Source: Octopus vulgaris
Lineage: Eukaryota
Reading direction: 5' to 3'
Assembly (NCBI GenBank): GCA_951406725.2
Contig: OX597822.1
Coordinates: forward strand, 47,368,001 to 47,432,000
Length of the DNA stretch: 64,000 bases
Part shown: positions 24,973-38,220 of the stretch, in pieces
How positions within the stretch are numbered: the first letter of the stretch is position 1
How the letters are laid out: every line of letters begins with the position of its first letter
Made by a program: the position numbers and the translations under genes
The notes under the pieces: generated by a model
Seen by the model: only the letters and a program-made list of their open reading frames with translations
The model's database searches: none
Told to the model about the DNA's origin: nothing

Positions 24973-26897
24973 ACCTTTCTTTCTTCCCTGAGCGTCTGCT
25001 AATAGCTTGCATGTACCACGTGCTCGCGTTGTTGTTTTTTTCTTGTGTTTGTTTTCCGTTTTTTTCTTTTTTTGGATTTACTATATATATACAGTATATA
25101 AACATACTATCTATCCATGTATGTACTTGCGTGTTCGTACTTGTCTGTGTCTGTGCGCTGTTGGAAGGTTGTATATGTATATGTCTGCAAAACTCATCAC
25201 ACACACGCGCGCGCACGCACGCACACTCTGAAGCCTGGCCTAGGTATTATTGATGACAAGAGCAAATAGAAACAGAAAAATGACCTGGTTTCACACAGGC
25301 CATTAAAAAAGAAATCAAAAACCACAGAAAATAAAAGATCCCTCCACCCTCTCCCCCACCTAAGAAAGTCTTGATAAGAAAACTTTGAAAAGAATACAAA
25401 AATGCTGTGAAATACGTAAAAATAAAAAGAAAGGAAGAAATTTGAAGAACGAAACAAATATTGAAAGTGAACTCGACAAAATAATAATCCATTTTTTTAA
25501 AATTTTAGCCAACAAATATGAGGGGTGGGGAAGTTGATAACATCGACCCCAGTGTTTAACTGGTACTTATTTTGTCGACTGCGAAAGGATGAAAGGCAAA
25601 GTCAGCCTGGGTGGAATTTGAACGTAGAACGTAAAGGGTTTGAAGAAATGCTGCTAAGCACTTTGTTCGATGCGCTAACGATTCTGCCATCGCGCTGTCT
25701 TTGAGAGAATAAAGTAACAATAATGATGATTTAAACGTTAAACCAGCAATTTTGATAGGGAGGGCAATTAGACAATGTTTTCGACTCCATTTTTTACTGG
25801 TACAATATATCATTAACTGCAAAGGGTTGTGACGTAGCTAGATTGTGTCACTTGGGTCGGTCAACCTTCAGTTTTCCCCTCCCCCCGATCTGCTTATCGA
25901 GCAGACCCAGAAGTGCCTCCCATCAATAAAAGCGTCGTCTGGAGCGGACCCCCTTCTTATCCCGCGCTCTCAGCTACGTTTATTACCCGAGGGATGAAAA
26001 AGTAAGACATTGGTGAGATTTGAACCGAGGAAGTAAATAACCAAAAGAAATGCTGCGGAATATTTTTTCGATGCTTTAACGATTTTACCAAAGTTTCGCA
26101 AATCCAGGTGGGATTGTAAGAATGCCGGACCGAACGCCCTACGACATTTGTTCCGGCTCTTTACGTTCTGAGTTTAAATTCTGCCTCTGTGTACCCGGGT
26201 GATGAACCAAGTGACCAATTAGAGTTGTCGATAGAGCTTTGTCTCTTGTTCTTTCGGTGTCAATAAAAGAGCACCAACCCACGGGTGTAAGTTAACAGAA
26301 CTGTTAGAATATCAGACCGGATGTCTTGTGATGTTTGTTCCCGTCGTTTGGGTTATGAGATCAAATCCTTACTGTGGAATACTTCGGTAGTAGATTTAAT
26401 CCATTGTTTGCTTTAAGTCCCCACAACTTAACAGCTCGGCAAAAGAGACCGATAGAATAAGTACCAAACTTAAAAAAAAAAAATTAAGTACTAGCGTCGA
26501 TTTGTTTGAGTAAAACCTTTCAAGGCAGTGCCCTAGTATGGCCGCAATCCAGTGACTGAAAGTCATTTGTTGTATTCTTTTGCCGAACTGCTAGCTTATG
26601 GGGACATAAACAAACAAACACCAGTTGTCAAACTAGGAGCAAGGGACAAACCAAAACAGAGTTTCCATCAACCAAATTCACTCACAAGGCGTTAGTCCAC
26701 CCAAGGGCTATAGTTGAAGATACTTGCCCAAAATGTGACGCAGCGGATTTGAACTTGACACTTCGTGGTTGTAAAGCGAACTTCTTAACCACACAGCCAT
26801 GCCTGCGACTAAGCCACATTAATTAAAAATATTTTAATACATTCATCAAGCCAAATAATTACAGTGCTTTAAATAACGTTATGTTATGTTCCACGTG

Positions 26898-27126
26898 TGG
26901 AGGCGCGTGGCTTAGTGGTCAGGGTGTTGAACCCATGATCGTAAGGTTGTGGTTTCGATTCCTGGGTTGTGTTCTTGAGCAAAGCACTTCATTTTCACGT
27001 TGCTCCAGCCCACTCAGCTGGCAAAAATGAGTAATCCTGCGACGGACCGGCGTCCCGTCCAGGTGGGGAATTTCTACGCCACTGAAACCGGCCCTTATGA
27101 GCCTGGTATGGCTCGAGAAGGAACAT
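26898..27126 (+). mobile_element. tRNA-derived CORE-like SINE with 14-bp TSD
   Basis: A box TGGCTTAGTGG, B box GGTTTCGATTCC. TSD ttatgttccacgtg at 26884-26897 and 27127-27140. Confidence 0.85.
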
Positions 27127-28176
27127 TTATGTTCCACGTGGTACTCTTATCTGCCTCAAATGAGGCACCACAGAGGCTATCTATATGCACTGTGGGTTTC
27201 TAAAAATATAGTTTAAGGCTTTATGAAGGTATGCTGGTTTGTTGTTAGTGAAGTCGTGGGTTCACTTCTTGAACCAGCTGGCTACTGGTGTCCTTCAGCA
27301 AGGCACTTCATTCACATTGCTCCAGTCTACCCTACTATGATGAGTACCAGCCAGTTTCATCAATCCCTTTTCTCTCTCTCTCTCTCACCAACTGTCACAT
27401 CCAGGTTATTGCCCTATGTCATGGATGAGAGGGCCAAAAGAATCTCTATATCTGCTCGCACTAAACACTACTTCTCTAAAATTAGAGACGACTAAAAAAG
27501 GGGGCGAGATGGCAGAATTGTCAGCACGTCCAGCAAAATGCTTAGCGTCATTTTTTTCTGGCTTCACGTTTTGAGTTCAAATTCCGTCTTTGTTGACTTT
27601 ATCATTCATCCTTTCGGGGTCTATAAAATAAGTATCACCCAGTTGAGTACTAGGGTCGATGTAATCGGCTAGTCCCATCCCTCAATACTTCAGACCTTTG
27701 TGCATATGGTAGAAAAAATAAATTATGAATGATCCACCATCTCGTCCGCTTGTCTCGTTCAGTCACTCAAAATTGTATTTTATTAATTTCTCTTCTTTGG
27801 CTTGCTACCTTATCTCGCAACATGCTAGCTTACTTTATTCTTCGAATTCTCTTAACCTATTTTTGCAAATACAACTTCAATCGTTTCTTGCGAATCTGAT
27901 ATGCTTTCTTCTGTTTGTACACCATAAAAGAAAAGGAAATACGAATGAACGAGGGAATAAGAACGAGATAATTGAAATCTGATTGTTCAAGACGACGCAG
28001 GACGCGCCACAACTAAACAATAAAACAGTGATATCGGATACTTATTTGTTTATGTAAAATAGAATGCTCTAGTTTTTAACTTAGCATTAATAATATTTAT
28101 GTTTAGCTTGTTTAAATAAAAGCAACAGGTCAGCATAAAGTTTGTATTGTTTTTATATTAGCAGACAGGTCGGAGT

Positions 28177-28212
<36 letters not shown>

Positions 28213-28654
28213 TGGCTGTCTGACAAATTTGCGTGTTTCTCGGTTTCTTTTGTTCTGTGACCAACGGACTTACAAATGGCTTTTTAAAGCCCACAAACGA
28301 CTTGCATTTCTGTTACGGATGCCGCATTCATATTCGTATGTTGTAATTGGGCGCTCATTCTGTGCAGCTCCTTAACTCTGTACTTCTATGTGCCTTGTGA
28401 GTTCAGATCAGATGGAAAATTCCTTACAACATAGATCGCATAATGAATTAGCTTCGGGAAGTTGGAGTCTATCTGGCTTGTGGCCTTTCAGCGTTATGTG
28501 CAGGTGTGAAGACATACATACATACATACATACATACATACATACATACATACATACATACATACATACGTACGTACATACATACATACATACATACATA
28601 CATACATACATACATACATACATACATACATACATACATACATGCATACATACA

Positions 28655-29213
28655 TGGTGGCTGCCCCCTCGTTATCGAGTATGGCCATTTCCCGAAGCTT
28701 AATCAATGTTGTTATCGTGCAATGCCTGTGCAAGAAGATTTTATTTTAAAGTGGGGAAAGATTGTGCACTGAGTCAATCCCACTCACTAAGCAACAACAG
28801 CCATAATCCGAAACGAAGAACGAGTCAACATCATCGGTAACCACTGAGCCGTAGGTTTTATGTCGGAGTTATCCCAGTTACCTGAGCTGCCTTCTCCTAG
28901 AAGGATGCCCTAACAAAGGCGAGGAGTCCTTCACTCCCAATGGTTTAACCGCGCGATCGGGTATTCAGTCCGATTATTTCTATGTCCCCGCGCATGATAC
29001 AGCCTTAAGACATTTATTGGATGGCCGTTGACTCTCAAGAGTTCCTCCGCCCTTTGACAGGTTTTATTTTTCATCCCGCAGGGTGTCCAATAAACACCCT
29101 CTTCATCAAGCAAGCTTGGTGGGGTTGCCGGTTTAGTCGCCGACGACCCGACCATGCAACAGGTTGTACTGGGTTACATGTTACCAGTAGCACTCGAAAG
29201 TGACCTGACATAG
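28655..29213 (-). mobile_element. Short non-coding element, probably an internally deleted RTE-type retroposon, embedded in (TATG)n
   Basis: GC-richer 560-bp island bounded on both sides by (CATA)n, with a highly structured 5' end. The family assignment is inference. Confidence 0.5.
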
Positions 29214-30499
29214 CATACATACATACATACATACATACATACATACATACATACATACAATGGTCTCTCTATCTGAACCTGTTCTACACAACGAATGGTA
29301 TAAATACGTTGCTCCAGTCCACTCAGCTGGCAAAAATGAGTAATCCTGCGACGGACTTTTACCCTTATGTATTGCTTGCTATAGTTTTAGATCAGCTATC
29401 TTTATCTATACCAACCTATTCTATCTTCATACCGCTACCTACTTAGTCAACAGCTTGTATACTGCCTCAGCTTTGTAACCTGTACCACTGATATATAAGC
29501 ATGAAGTTATGCCTTGACCAGGCATGCTTGAAACTAAAAGGTAGGTAAACACTCAGAGCTTCGTTTTGCTTTCAATGCTTTCTTTCCCACCTCACTGCAC
29601 ACACAGCCGAGGTCGACTTTGTCTTTCATCCTTTTAGGGTCGATAAATTAAGTACCAGATATAATCGACTGGCCCCCTACCCCAACATTTCAAGCCTTGT
29701 GTTGAGAGTAGAAAGGAATAACTATATTTCATGTCTGTTGCTATATGAGACAACTTAGCTTAATTTAGCAGAGTTTAATAGTTACTATTCATGAAATGTT
29801 CTTACAAGAAATCTTAACCATTCTACTGCAACACAACTATAAATGTTCAACTATGTCTTTTTATACGTATGTATGACACTCTAGTGTGAATGATGTAATA
29901 GGATACAGATTATGAAACAGCTGTCAACAAATGGGATGTTTCATTTCTCACTTCTCTGAGTTTCAGTTAATTATTACACACACATACATGTACACACACA
30001 CAATGTATATATCGTCACTATCACCGCCACCACAACCATCATTATCATCATCATCATCTAACGTCCATGTTCCATATGGGCATGAGTTGGACTGTTTGAG
30101 TGGATTCGAAGGATCAGTATCTGTTTTGGCATGGTTTCAATGGTTGGATGCCCTTCATAACGCCAACCACTTTACAGAAAATAACAGGTGAATTCTTCTT
30201 GAAATCAGCACTAGTGAGGTTGCCATGCAGGTTGCAATGCTGAAAAGTCAGATGGGTGTAGAGGGTGGTCTTTATGGTGGATGAGGGGTTAAAAGATGAG
30301 GAAAGGGGGAGGGAAACAGTGCATGGTTCAGTATGAGGAAGATAATCAATGTAACACATGGGTGGAGAGGACAATATTAATGGATAAGCAAGTAGTTGAA
30401 AGGGAGAGCTGCAGTGAGAGAGATGATGGATGGGGGCCATAGTCTGTTGACTGAAATAAGTAAAGAATAAAAGATAAAAACAGATCATGGCAGGGAGAT

Positions 30500-31244
30500 A
30501 ACAGTTTACTCAAATTAGCTGCCCTCAGCTTCCATCATGGTCTCAAAACAGCTCCAGAACCTGGTACATGCATTCCTGTGTCCCTTGGAAGATCTTCAAA
30601 CACCTCCTTGATCTTGGTCACAAGTTCGGCCTTGGTGTTGCAGCCAGAGTGGTTGGTGTCTTTCTCAGTAATCCATGGGATTACAATCAGGTGGATTAGG
30701 AGGCCAGAAATTAGGGATAGCAAAGTTGTAGAAATTTTCTAACATCCACTTCCCTTTCCAGAAGTATGGCAAGGTGGGTAAATCCTGCTGCTACACATAT
30801 GGCCTTCCAGCAGTAACCCTTTCCAGCCAAGGATTGACCACAGTCCCCAGTAGCTTCGTGTAGCTCTCTGAATTGAGCCTAAGGCCCTGTTCAAAGATGT
30901 GGAGTGGCATAACATCATATTCATTGGAGACACACCCAAAGACCATCACAATTTGGTGGGAACTTGGTTTTCATGATACATGGGACATCATAGCCTTTAC
31001 AGTATTCATAGAACACTGAGCAGCAGTCATGATGCTGGCATTTTGATACCTGATGTTTATCATCATGATACAGGTAATTCTTTTCCAATATTCAGATAGC
31101 TTCCAGTCTTCCATGACAGGTAATTTTTTCTCAACTTTAACTTTAATTTTTGTGCTCTCCAACACTATTGAGTGTTCACAATACATCAAGCACTTCCTGA
31201 GAAAAGGAGACATGAAGTCATCAAATGTAGCTTGTATATCCTGT
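30500..31244 (-). mobile_element. Highly decayed DD37D-like transposon
   Basis: EKDTNHSGCNTKAELVTKIKEVFEDL resembles the C-terminus ERETNKTP.NIKDEMKARI of the 13.6-14.9 kb copy. Confidence 0.6.
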
Positions 31245-31879
31245 CGTCGTCATCGTCGTCGTTGTCATCGTCATCATCATCATCACTGTTATCATTTAAT
31301 ACCTGCCTTCCATTCCAGCATGGCCTGTATACATGCATATATAAATATGTATGCATGTGTGTGTAGGCACATTGCCAAGTGGTCAAGGTGTTGCTCTCAC
31401 AATTGCTAGATCATGGGTTCGATTCCTGGACTGAACACTGCATTGTGTCCTTGAGCAAGACACTTCATCTCACATTGCTCCAGTCCACTCAGCTGTAAAT
31501 GGGTTACTCTGCAATGGAATAGCCTTCCAATCAGGAGAATGTTGGATGGGTCACCTAGCCGGTGGGTTGGTACCATTCAAGAGCTAAAATGATACAAAGT
31601 GCATTGTGACCAGCAATGTATAACAAATTCTGTTACTCTGGTCAACCGTGTAATATATATATAATGACTGGGAAAAGTAAAAGATGGTAAAATGTATATA
31701 TGTTACCATCAGTTTCCTCTATTTTTTTACACACATTTTACAAAACAAAAACACTTTTGTATATATATATATATGTATATATATTATTTTTTTTATTATC
31801 AATCTGTTTTTAACATTTGCCAATAACAACGGGTAATATTTGAGAAATTGCAACAGAAATAAAAATAGATCAAAGAAGG

Positions 31880-31925
<46 letters not shown>

Positions 31926-32004
31926 ATATATATTTATATATGTAGAATGATTCTAAAAGTAGCCCAATTTCAATATAAAACAAGAAATATAGAATAAAAC
32001 TTTG

Positions 32005-32064
<60 letters not shown>

Positions 32065-35000
32065 GCATTAAATGGAGAAAAGTTACAATGAAATGTAAAA
32101 TGTAATAATAAATGTTTTAGTTGCAAAACTAGATACAAATAAGCAATAAAGTCTTATATCTTTAAATTGAACATTTGAAGAAAACAGTAAGAATGAGAGG
32201 GGTAAGGAGAGATAGGGAGTATTGTGGTTATAAATACATATATACATGTCTCTGTGTGTGTGTATTTGTGGGATAATTTGAATAGAATAATGTATCAATT
32301 TTTTATGATTTGTTAAGATTAAAGATTCATCCCCAAAATATAACCCACTTCTGCCCCAACCAAACAGCAATGCTTAATGTTTATCCAGCAAGTCAGTTTG
32401 TTTTAGCACCAGTGAAGTTGTTGTGTAGCCTCAGGTCAATGCTACAGACTGAGCAAGCCAATATTAACAGGTATTCCATTCGTATTTTCATATATATATA
32501 TATATTAATCAAAGTATACAGTTTTATAAGTCTAGTACCTCTATTAAAAAAAAAAGAGGGGAATGATATTCAATGCTGCTTTATAGAACATACACATGTT
32601 TCAAATAAGTGGCTGTCATGATTACATAACAATTGTAAAAATATTATATACTTTTGCCTCATCAGTATTCTGCAATAAACACAAATATATATATATATAC
32701 ATATACACACATACAAATTCTTTCCGTTATGCAAATTATCAACAACTTCACATACTGCACAATGTTGCAGAAGACAGAAAACTGATCCTGGATGTATGAG
32801 ATCATGCCTCTATTAAACCTGATGTCTATATGTATAATGTGTGCATGTATGTATATATATGTTAGGAATTACATATATCACTTATTTTAGATGCAAAGAT
32901 CTGTCCTGAGGATAAACAACAATTATAATAAATAAAGTCAACTTATTAAGGCAGGTTTGTAGGTATATTTAGGTATAAATTGAAAACAATAATATGAAGA
33001 AAAATGATCGAACCAAAGTGTATCTAGGAGTATATTATTTGATAATTTAATTTTTTTTTTGAGGTGCTATGATGTATTTGAAAGAAGTTTTAGCTGTTGT
33101 TTCTAATGGGTCGACGAGCATGCATGTATTACCTCCAGTTTGGAACCCAAATTTTACAGTGGTTATTTCTTTGATTTCCTTAGAATTATCTCCTTTATCC
33201 CTGTCTTTCTTTCCTTTCTCTATAACACTGTTTTAAATGACATTTGTTCGTAAAAATAAGATACATTCTGAGTTTCGTACATGAATATGAAGCTTGAGAG
33301 CTGTTTTCTGGGATATGTGTGTATGTATATATATAACTGTATATGTATAAATGTATATATAAGTAAGTATATATATATATATAAACACATGTGTGCATGT
33401 ATGTATATATATATGTGTATATATATATATATATATATAAATGTATATGTATGCATATGTATAAATGTATATGTATATATAAACACATGTGTACATATGT
33501 ATGTATATATATATATATATGTATGTAGATATATATATATATATACGTATGTATGTATATTTATATATGTATATATATATATATGTATGTATATGTACAT
33601 ATACATAAATATATACATATGTATATGTTTATATATACATATGTATATACATACATATACACACACAAATATATATACATATATATGTATGTGAATATAT
33701 GCATATATATGTACGTGTATATATTTATATATATACGTATATATATGTGTATATATATATATATATATATGTGTATGTATATATATATATGTGTGTGTGT
33801 GTTGAGTGTGTATATACACGCTTATAAAGCAGGAGAAAGGAAATGATAAGTCGTCTTGAATGACGTAAAGTAGAGAGAGAAAAAAAGATAGTTACAATGA
33901 TTCTCTTCTATAACAATTTCATTCCATTTCGGATGCATTATTATAGCAATAGAAACCAACACAGCATATTACTGGTACCTTATTTCATTGATTCAGGGGG
34001 ATGAAAGACAAAGTTGATCTCAGCAGGATTTGAATGCAGAACATAAATGGCCACAGCTAAATACTGCTTGGCATCTCATTCGACACTCTACAAATTCTGC
34101 CAATAAATATTTTTACGTAGCAAACAATACATATGAAAAATACATTTTGTCACAGGTAGATTAGTGATAACAAATATAGAATATAATTTATAATGTTAAA
34201 ATATTAATTTGAATCAGATTGGGTGTAAACAATATAAATACCAATCAAAGACAGAAGTGCAAGTGGCTCACTGTTTTAGAATTGGTTTCTGTCATAGGCA
34301 CAAAGCCTCGAATTTAGAAGATAGGTATAATTGATTAAATTGAATCCAATAACAGATTGATCCTTTATTTTTGTTGAACCCATGAAAGACAGAGTCAACC
34401 TTGGTGGGATTTGAACTCAGAAAGTAAAGGATCAAAATCAAACACCACAAGGAACCTGCTAATCCACCTCCCTGTTTGAATATTTCAACTTACTGTTGAA
34501 AAAAAGTGTACGACTGATTGAATTGACTCCACTTTGCTAATGAACCCAGAAGGTTGAACAGCAGAATGAATTGGGAAAATTGGGGGCTTGTTGCTCTTCT
34601 ATTCTCAATCAAATTCATGTTAATAATGTCTGGTATCATTTTATTATTAAAGTGTGTGCATGTGTGTGTAATATATAAAAGTGTATATTTGATAAATTAG
34701 AAATTGTGCCACTAGTTCCGTGGTTGTTGCAGTGGTTTCACTGTTCTATGACATGATAATTTTTCAATTGAATTTATTCCACTTTGCTGGTATGTCACTC
34801 GTTTTTATATAACCTGTTCTACCAGAAAGGGTTAAAGAAGTTTACTATTCACTTTTGGGGTAATAAGTGAGTTGGTAGAGAGGATTAGGTAGCAGATAAT
34901 GAGCAGCAGGAAAAAAGGATATTATAACCACCAGGTTAAATTGGGGGCTGAGTGCACAAAGACTGCTTCATATACACTGGTTGAAATGGTCATCAGCAAA

Positions 35001-36556
35001 GCACAGAAACAGTTTATGTTGAGCATACAAACTATATACACATGTGTGTGAGTGCATGTGTGTTGTACTGAAAAAATGTCAGTGTTCTAATTTTAAGTTA
35101 TTTATTAGGATTTTAAAAATATTTTAGTATGAGACCATTGCAGTTTGTATGGGACAATGAAGTTTTTAAATCCATCATTAATGTTTCTAAGCATTCATAG
35201 TCTCATCATCAGGTGTTCATACGAAAATATATAAAAAGAGAAACTAAAACATAGTCATGTTAACAGATCATGTCTAAACAAAAACTGTTCACTCAATATA
35301 TTATTATATAGATGCATACACCAATCACACACACATATGTGTATGTGTGCATGTGTTCATTTACATCCTAGCAGCTTCAGTTGCTGACATCACCAAATCA
35401 AAGAATATTGTCAGGTGTTGAAATTGTGATGATATTTGCTTCCCTGCTGATGAAGGGTTGAGCTTGTCTGCATCTATTATACATGTAGTGTTTTTTCCAT
35501 AAATTCCATTGCCATTACCTTGTATATATACATATATATATATCAATTGATATCTATTGTCTCCAAAAGATTGGAATACATTTATAGAAATCTGCCACTG
35601 ATCCAATGCTACTATCATTGAATGTACACTAAACAGGCACCTACTGAGACAGCTTGGAATAAGGTCAACACTTGGCTCTAGGACTGAGGAAATGGTTCAA
35701 ACATCAGTTGAGGACCACTTTGAAATGGAGATGAAAAGAGGACCAATACAAGGTACCAAAGTGATGCAGAAGATGTTATCACAGGATTTGATGGACCGCC
35801 ATAAGCAATTACATTGTATATAAACATGCACACATGAGTGGTGTGCTATCAAGGGTAGTGCAAACTGGACATAAAGCTGAGGCCTGATTAATCCTAGCTC
35901 AGTCACCTGGGTGAGGGTGTCTGATTGTTGAAAGACCTGAAATATCTAATGACCTTAAGAAACGTCCCTGATAAGTAGTCCAGGTGCATCACAAGGTAAT
36001 ATATAATAAAAGGTATACCCTCTCACATACATATATATAGAAAGAGAGAGAGAGATAATATTTTCTGAGTATAAATCTTGTTTGGTTTTTTACCTCATCT
36101 TCATGTTATTTTTAGCATCATAAACACAAATATATATATATATATACACATACATACATAATATACATGCTTGCTCCACACATATACATATTCTTTTACT
36201 TGACTGCGGCCATGCTGGAGCACCACCTTTACTTGAACAAATCAACCTGAGGACTTACTCTTTGTAAGCCTAGTACTTATTCTATTGGTCGCTTTTGCTG
36301 AACCACTAAGTTATGGGGGACATAAACACACCAACATTGGTTGTCAAGTGACAGTAGTGGAACAAATATGTTCATATATATATATATATATGATGAGCTT
36401 CTTTCAGTTTCCGCCTACCAGATCCACTCTCTAGGCTTTGGTTGGCCTGAGGACATAGTAGAAGGCACTTGCCCAAGGTGCTACACAGTGGGATTGAACC
36501 CAGAACCAAGTGGTTGGGAAACAAGCTCCTTACCACACAGGTGGGTAGAAAGCCAA

Positions 36557-36587
<31 letters not shown>

Positions 36588-37009
36588 AGATGGATTTAAT
36601 TATAGGGATCCCTAACTGGAATTGTTTTAGATAAGAATGACAGGAAAAGTTAACCCTCAGACTTGAACTTACAACCTGGAGGGATGTAACTAGCTACAGC
36701 TCGTTCTATTGTCTGCTGTTCTACTATCAACCACCTGAAACAGGTAATAATAATAATAATTCCCCCTCTCTCTCTTGGAGAGGCACAAGCACCTACACAC
36801 ACATGTCAGTAACTTCCGCCTACCAAATTCAATTACAAAGCTTTGGTCGCTCCGGGGCTATAGCAGAAGACACTAACCCAAAGTGCAACATGGTGGGACT
36901 GAACCCAAAACCATGTAGCTAGGAAGCAAGCTTCCTAACCACACAGCCATGACTGCGCCTCATGCTAGCATGGAAAGCGGACGTTAAACGATGATGATGA
37001 TGATGATGA

Positions 37010-38220
37010 ATAATCTTTTCTATTACAGGTACAAGGCTTGAAATTTTGTGGGGAAGGGGTAAGTTGATTACATCAACCCTGAAAAGATGAAAGATAAGGT
37101 TGGCTTCAATGGAATTTGAACCCAAAATGTAAAGACAAGACATGCCACTGAACATACTGTTCAGCATGCCAATGGTTTTGCCAGCTCACTGCCGTAATAA
37201 CAACAGTAATAATAACAATCCTTTCTACAATAGGCACAAGGTCTGAAATTTGGGGGGTGGGGATTAGTCGATTTTGTCAACCCCAGTCCCCAACTGGTAC
37301 TTGTTATTATCTAAAATGGCAAACTGACAGAATCATTAGCATGCCTGCCATCTTAATAGCAATACTTTCTACTGGAAGCATAAAGCCTCGAATTTGGCAG
37401 GGGAGGGGACAGTCGACCATATTGACCCTGAAAGAATGAAAAGCAAAGTTGACCTTGGTGGAATTTGAACTCAGAATGTAGCAAAGGGTGAAATACCACT
37501 AAGCATTTTGCCCAGTGTGCTAACGATTCTGCCAGCTCACTGCCTTATCTTTGATAATAATAATAATAATGATGGTTTTAAATTTTGGCACAAGGCCAGC
37601 AATTTCAGGAGAGGGGTTAAGTTGATTACATTGACCCCAATGGTCAACTGGTACTTATTTCATCAACCTTGAAAGGATGAAAGGCAAAATGACTTGGCTA
37701 ATATTTGAACTCAGAGCATAAAGACAGACAAAATGAAGCATGCTAATGATTCTGCCTTACTCTACGATTAAGAATCTTTTCTCCTGGAAGTTCAAGGCTT
37801 CAAATTAGGGGGAAGGGATTAAGTTGATTACACTCAACCCCAATATTTCACTGGTACTTAATTTACTGATCCTGAAAGGATGAAAAGCAAAGTCGACCTC
37901 AGCGGAATTTGAACTCAGAACATTAAGATGGACGAAATACTGCTAAGCATTTCACCCAGTGTACTAATGTTTCTGCCAACTCACTGCCTTATTAATAATT
38001 TTTTTTTCCTACTCTAGGCACAAGGCTTGAAATTTTTGGCAAAGGGGCCAGTCGATTAGATCAACCCCAGTACGCAACTGGTACTTAATTTATCGACCCC
38101 GAAAGGATGAAAGGCAAAGTCGACCTCAGCAGAATTTGAACTCAGAACATAAAGATGGACGAAATACTGCTAAGCATTTTGCCTGGCGTGCTAATGGTTC
38201 TGCCAGCTCGCCGCCTTATT
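37010..38220 (-). mobile_element. Head-to-tail cluster of about six (TTA)n-tailed SINE copies; two more at 40045-40470
   Basis: Repeated gcacaaggc..gaaaggatgaaaggcaaagtcgacctc..atttgaactcagaac..ctgccagctc blocks separated by (TAA)n. Confidence 0.85.

Noticed and set aside
29486-29545. Further hammerhead-like remnants (also about 56133 and 62970)
   Set aside because: Too degenerate to give a complete core plus helices.
35361-35618. Extra coding exon on the minus strand
   Set aside because: No recognisable homology and a weak acceptor; the cytochrome b561 CDS already ends at 41589.
37010-38220. CRISPR-like repeat-spacer array
   Set aside because: Units are roughly 200-bp diverged SINEs in eukaryotic DNA, with no cas genes.
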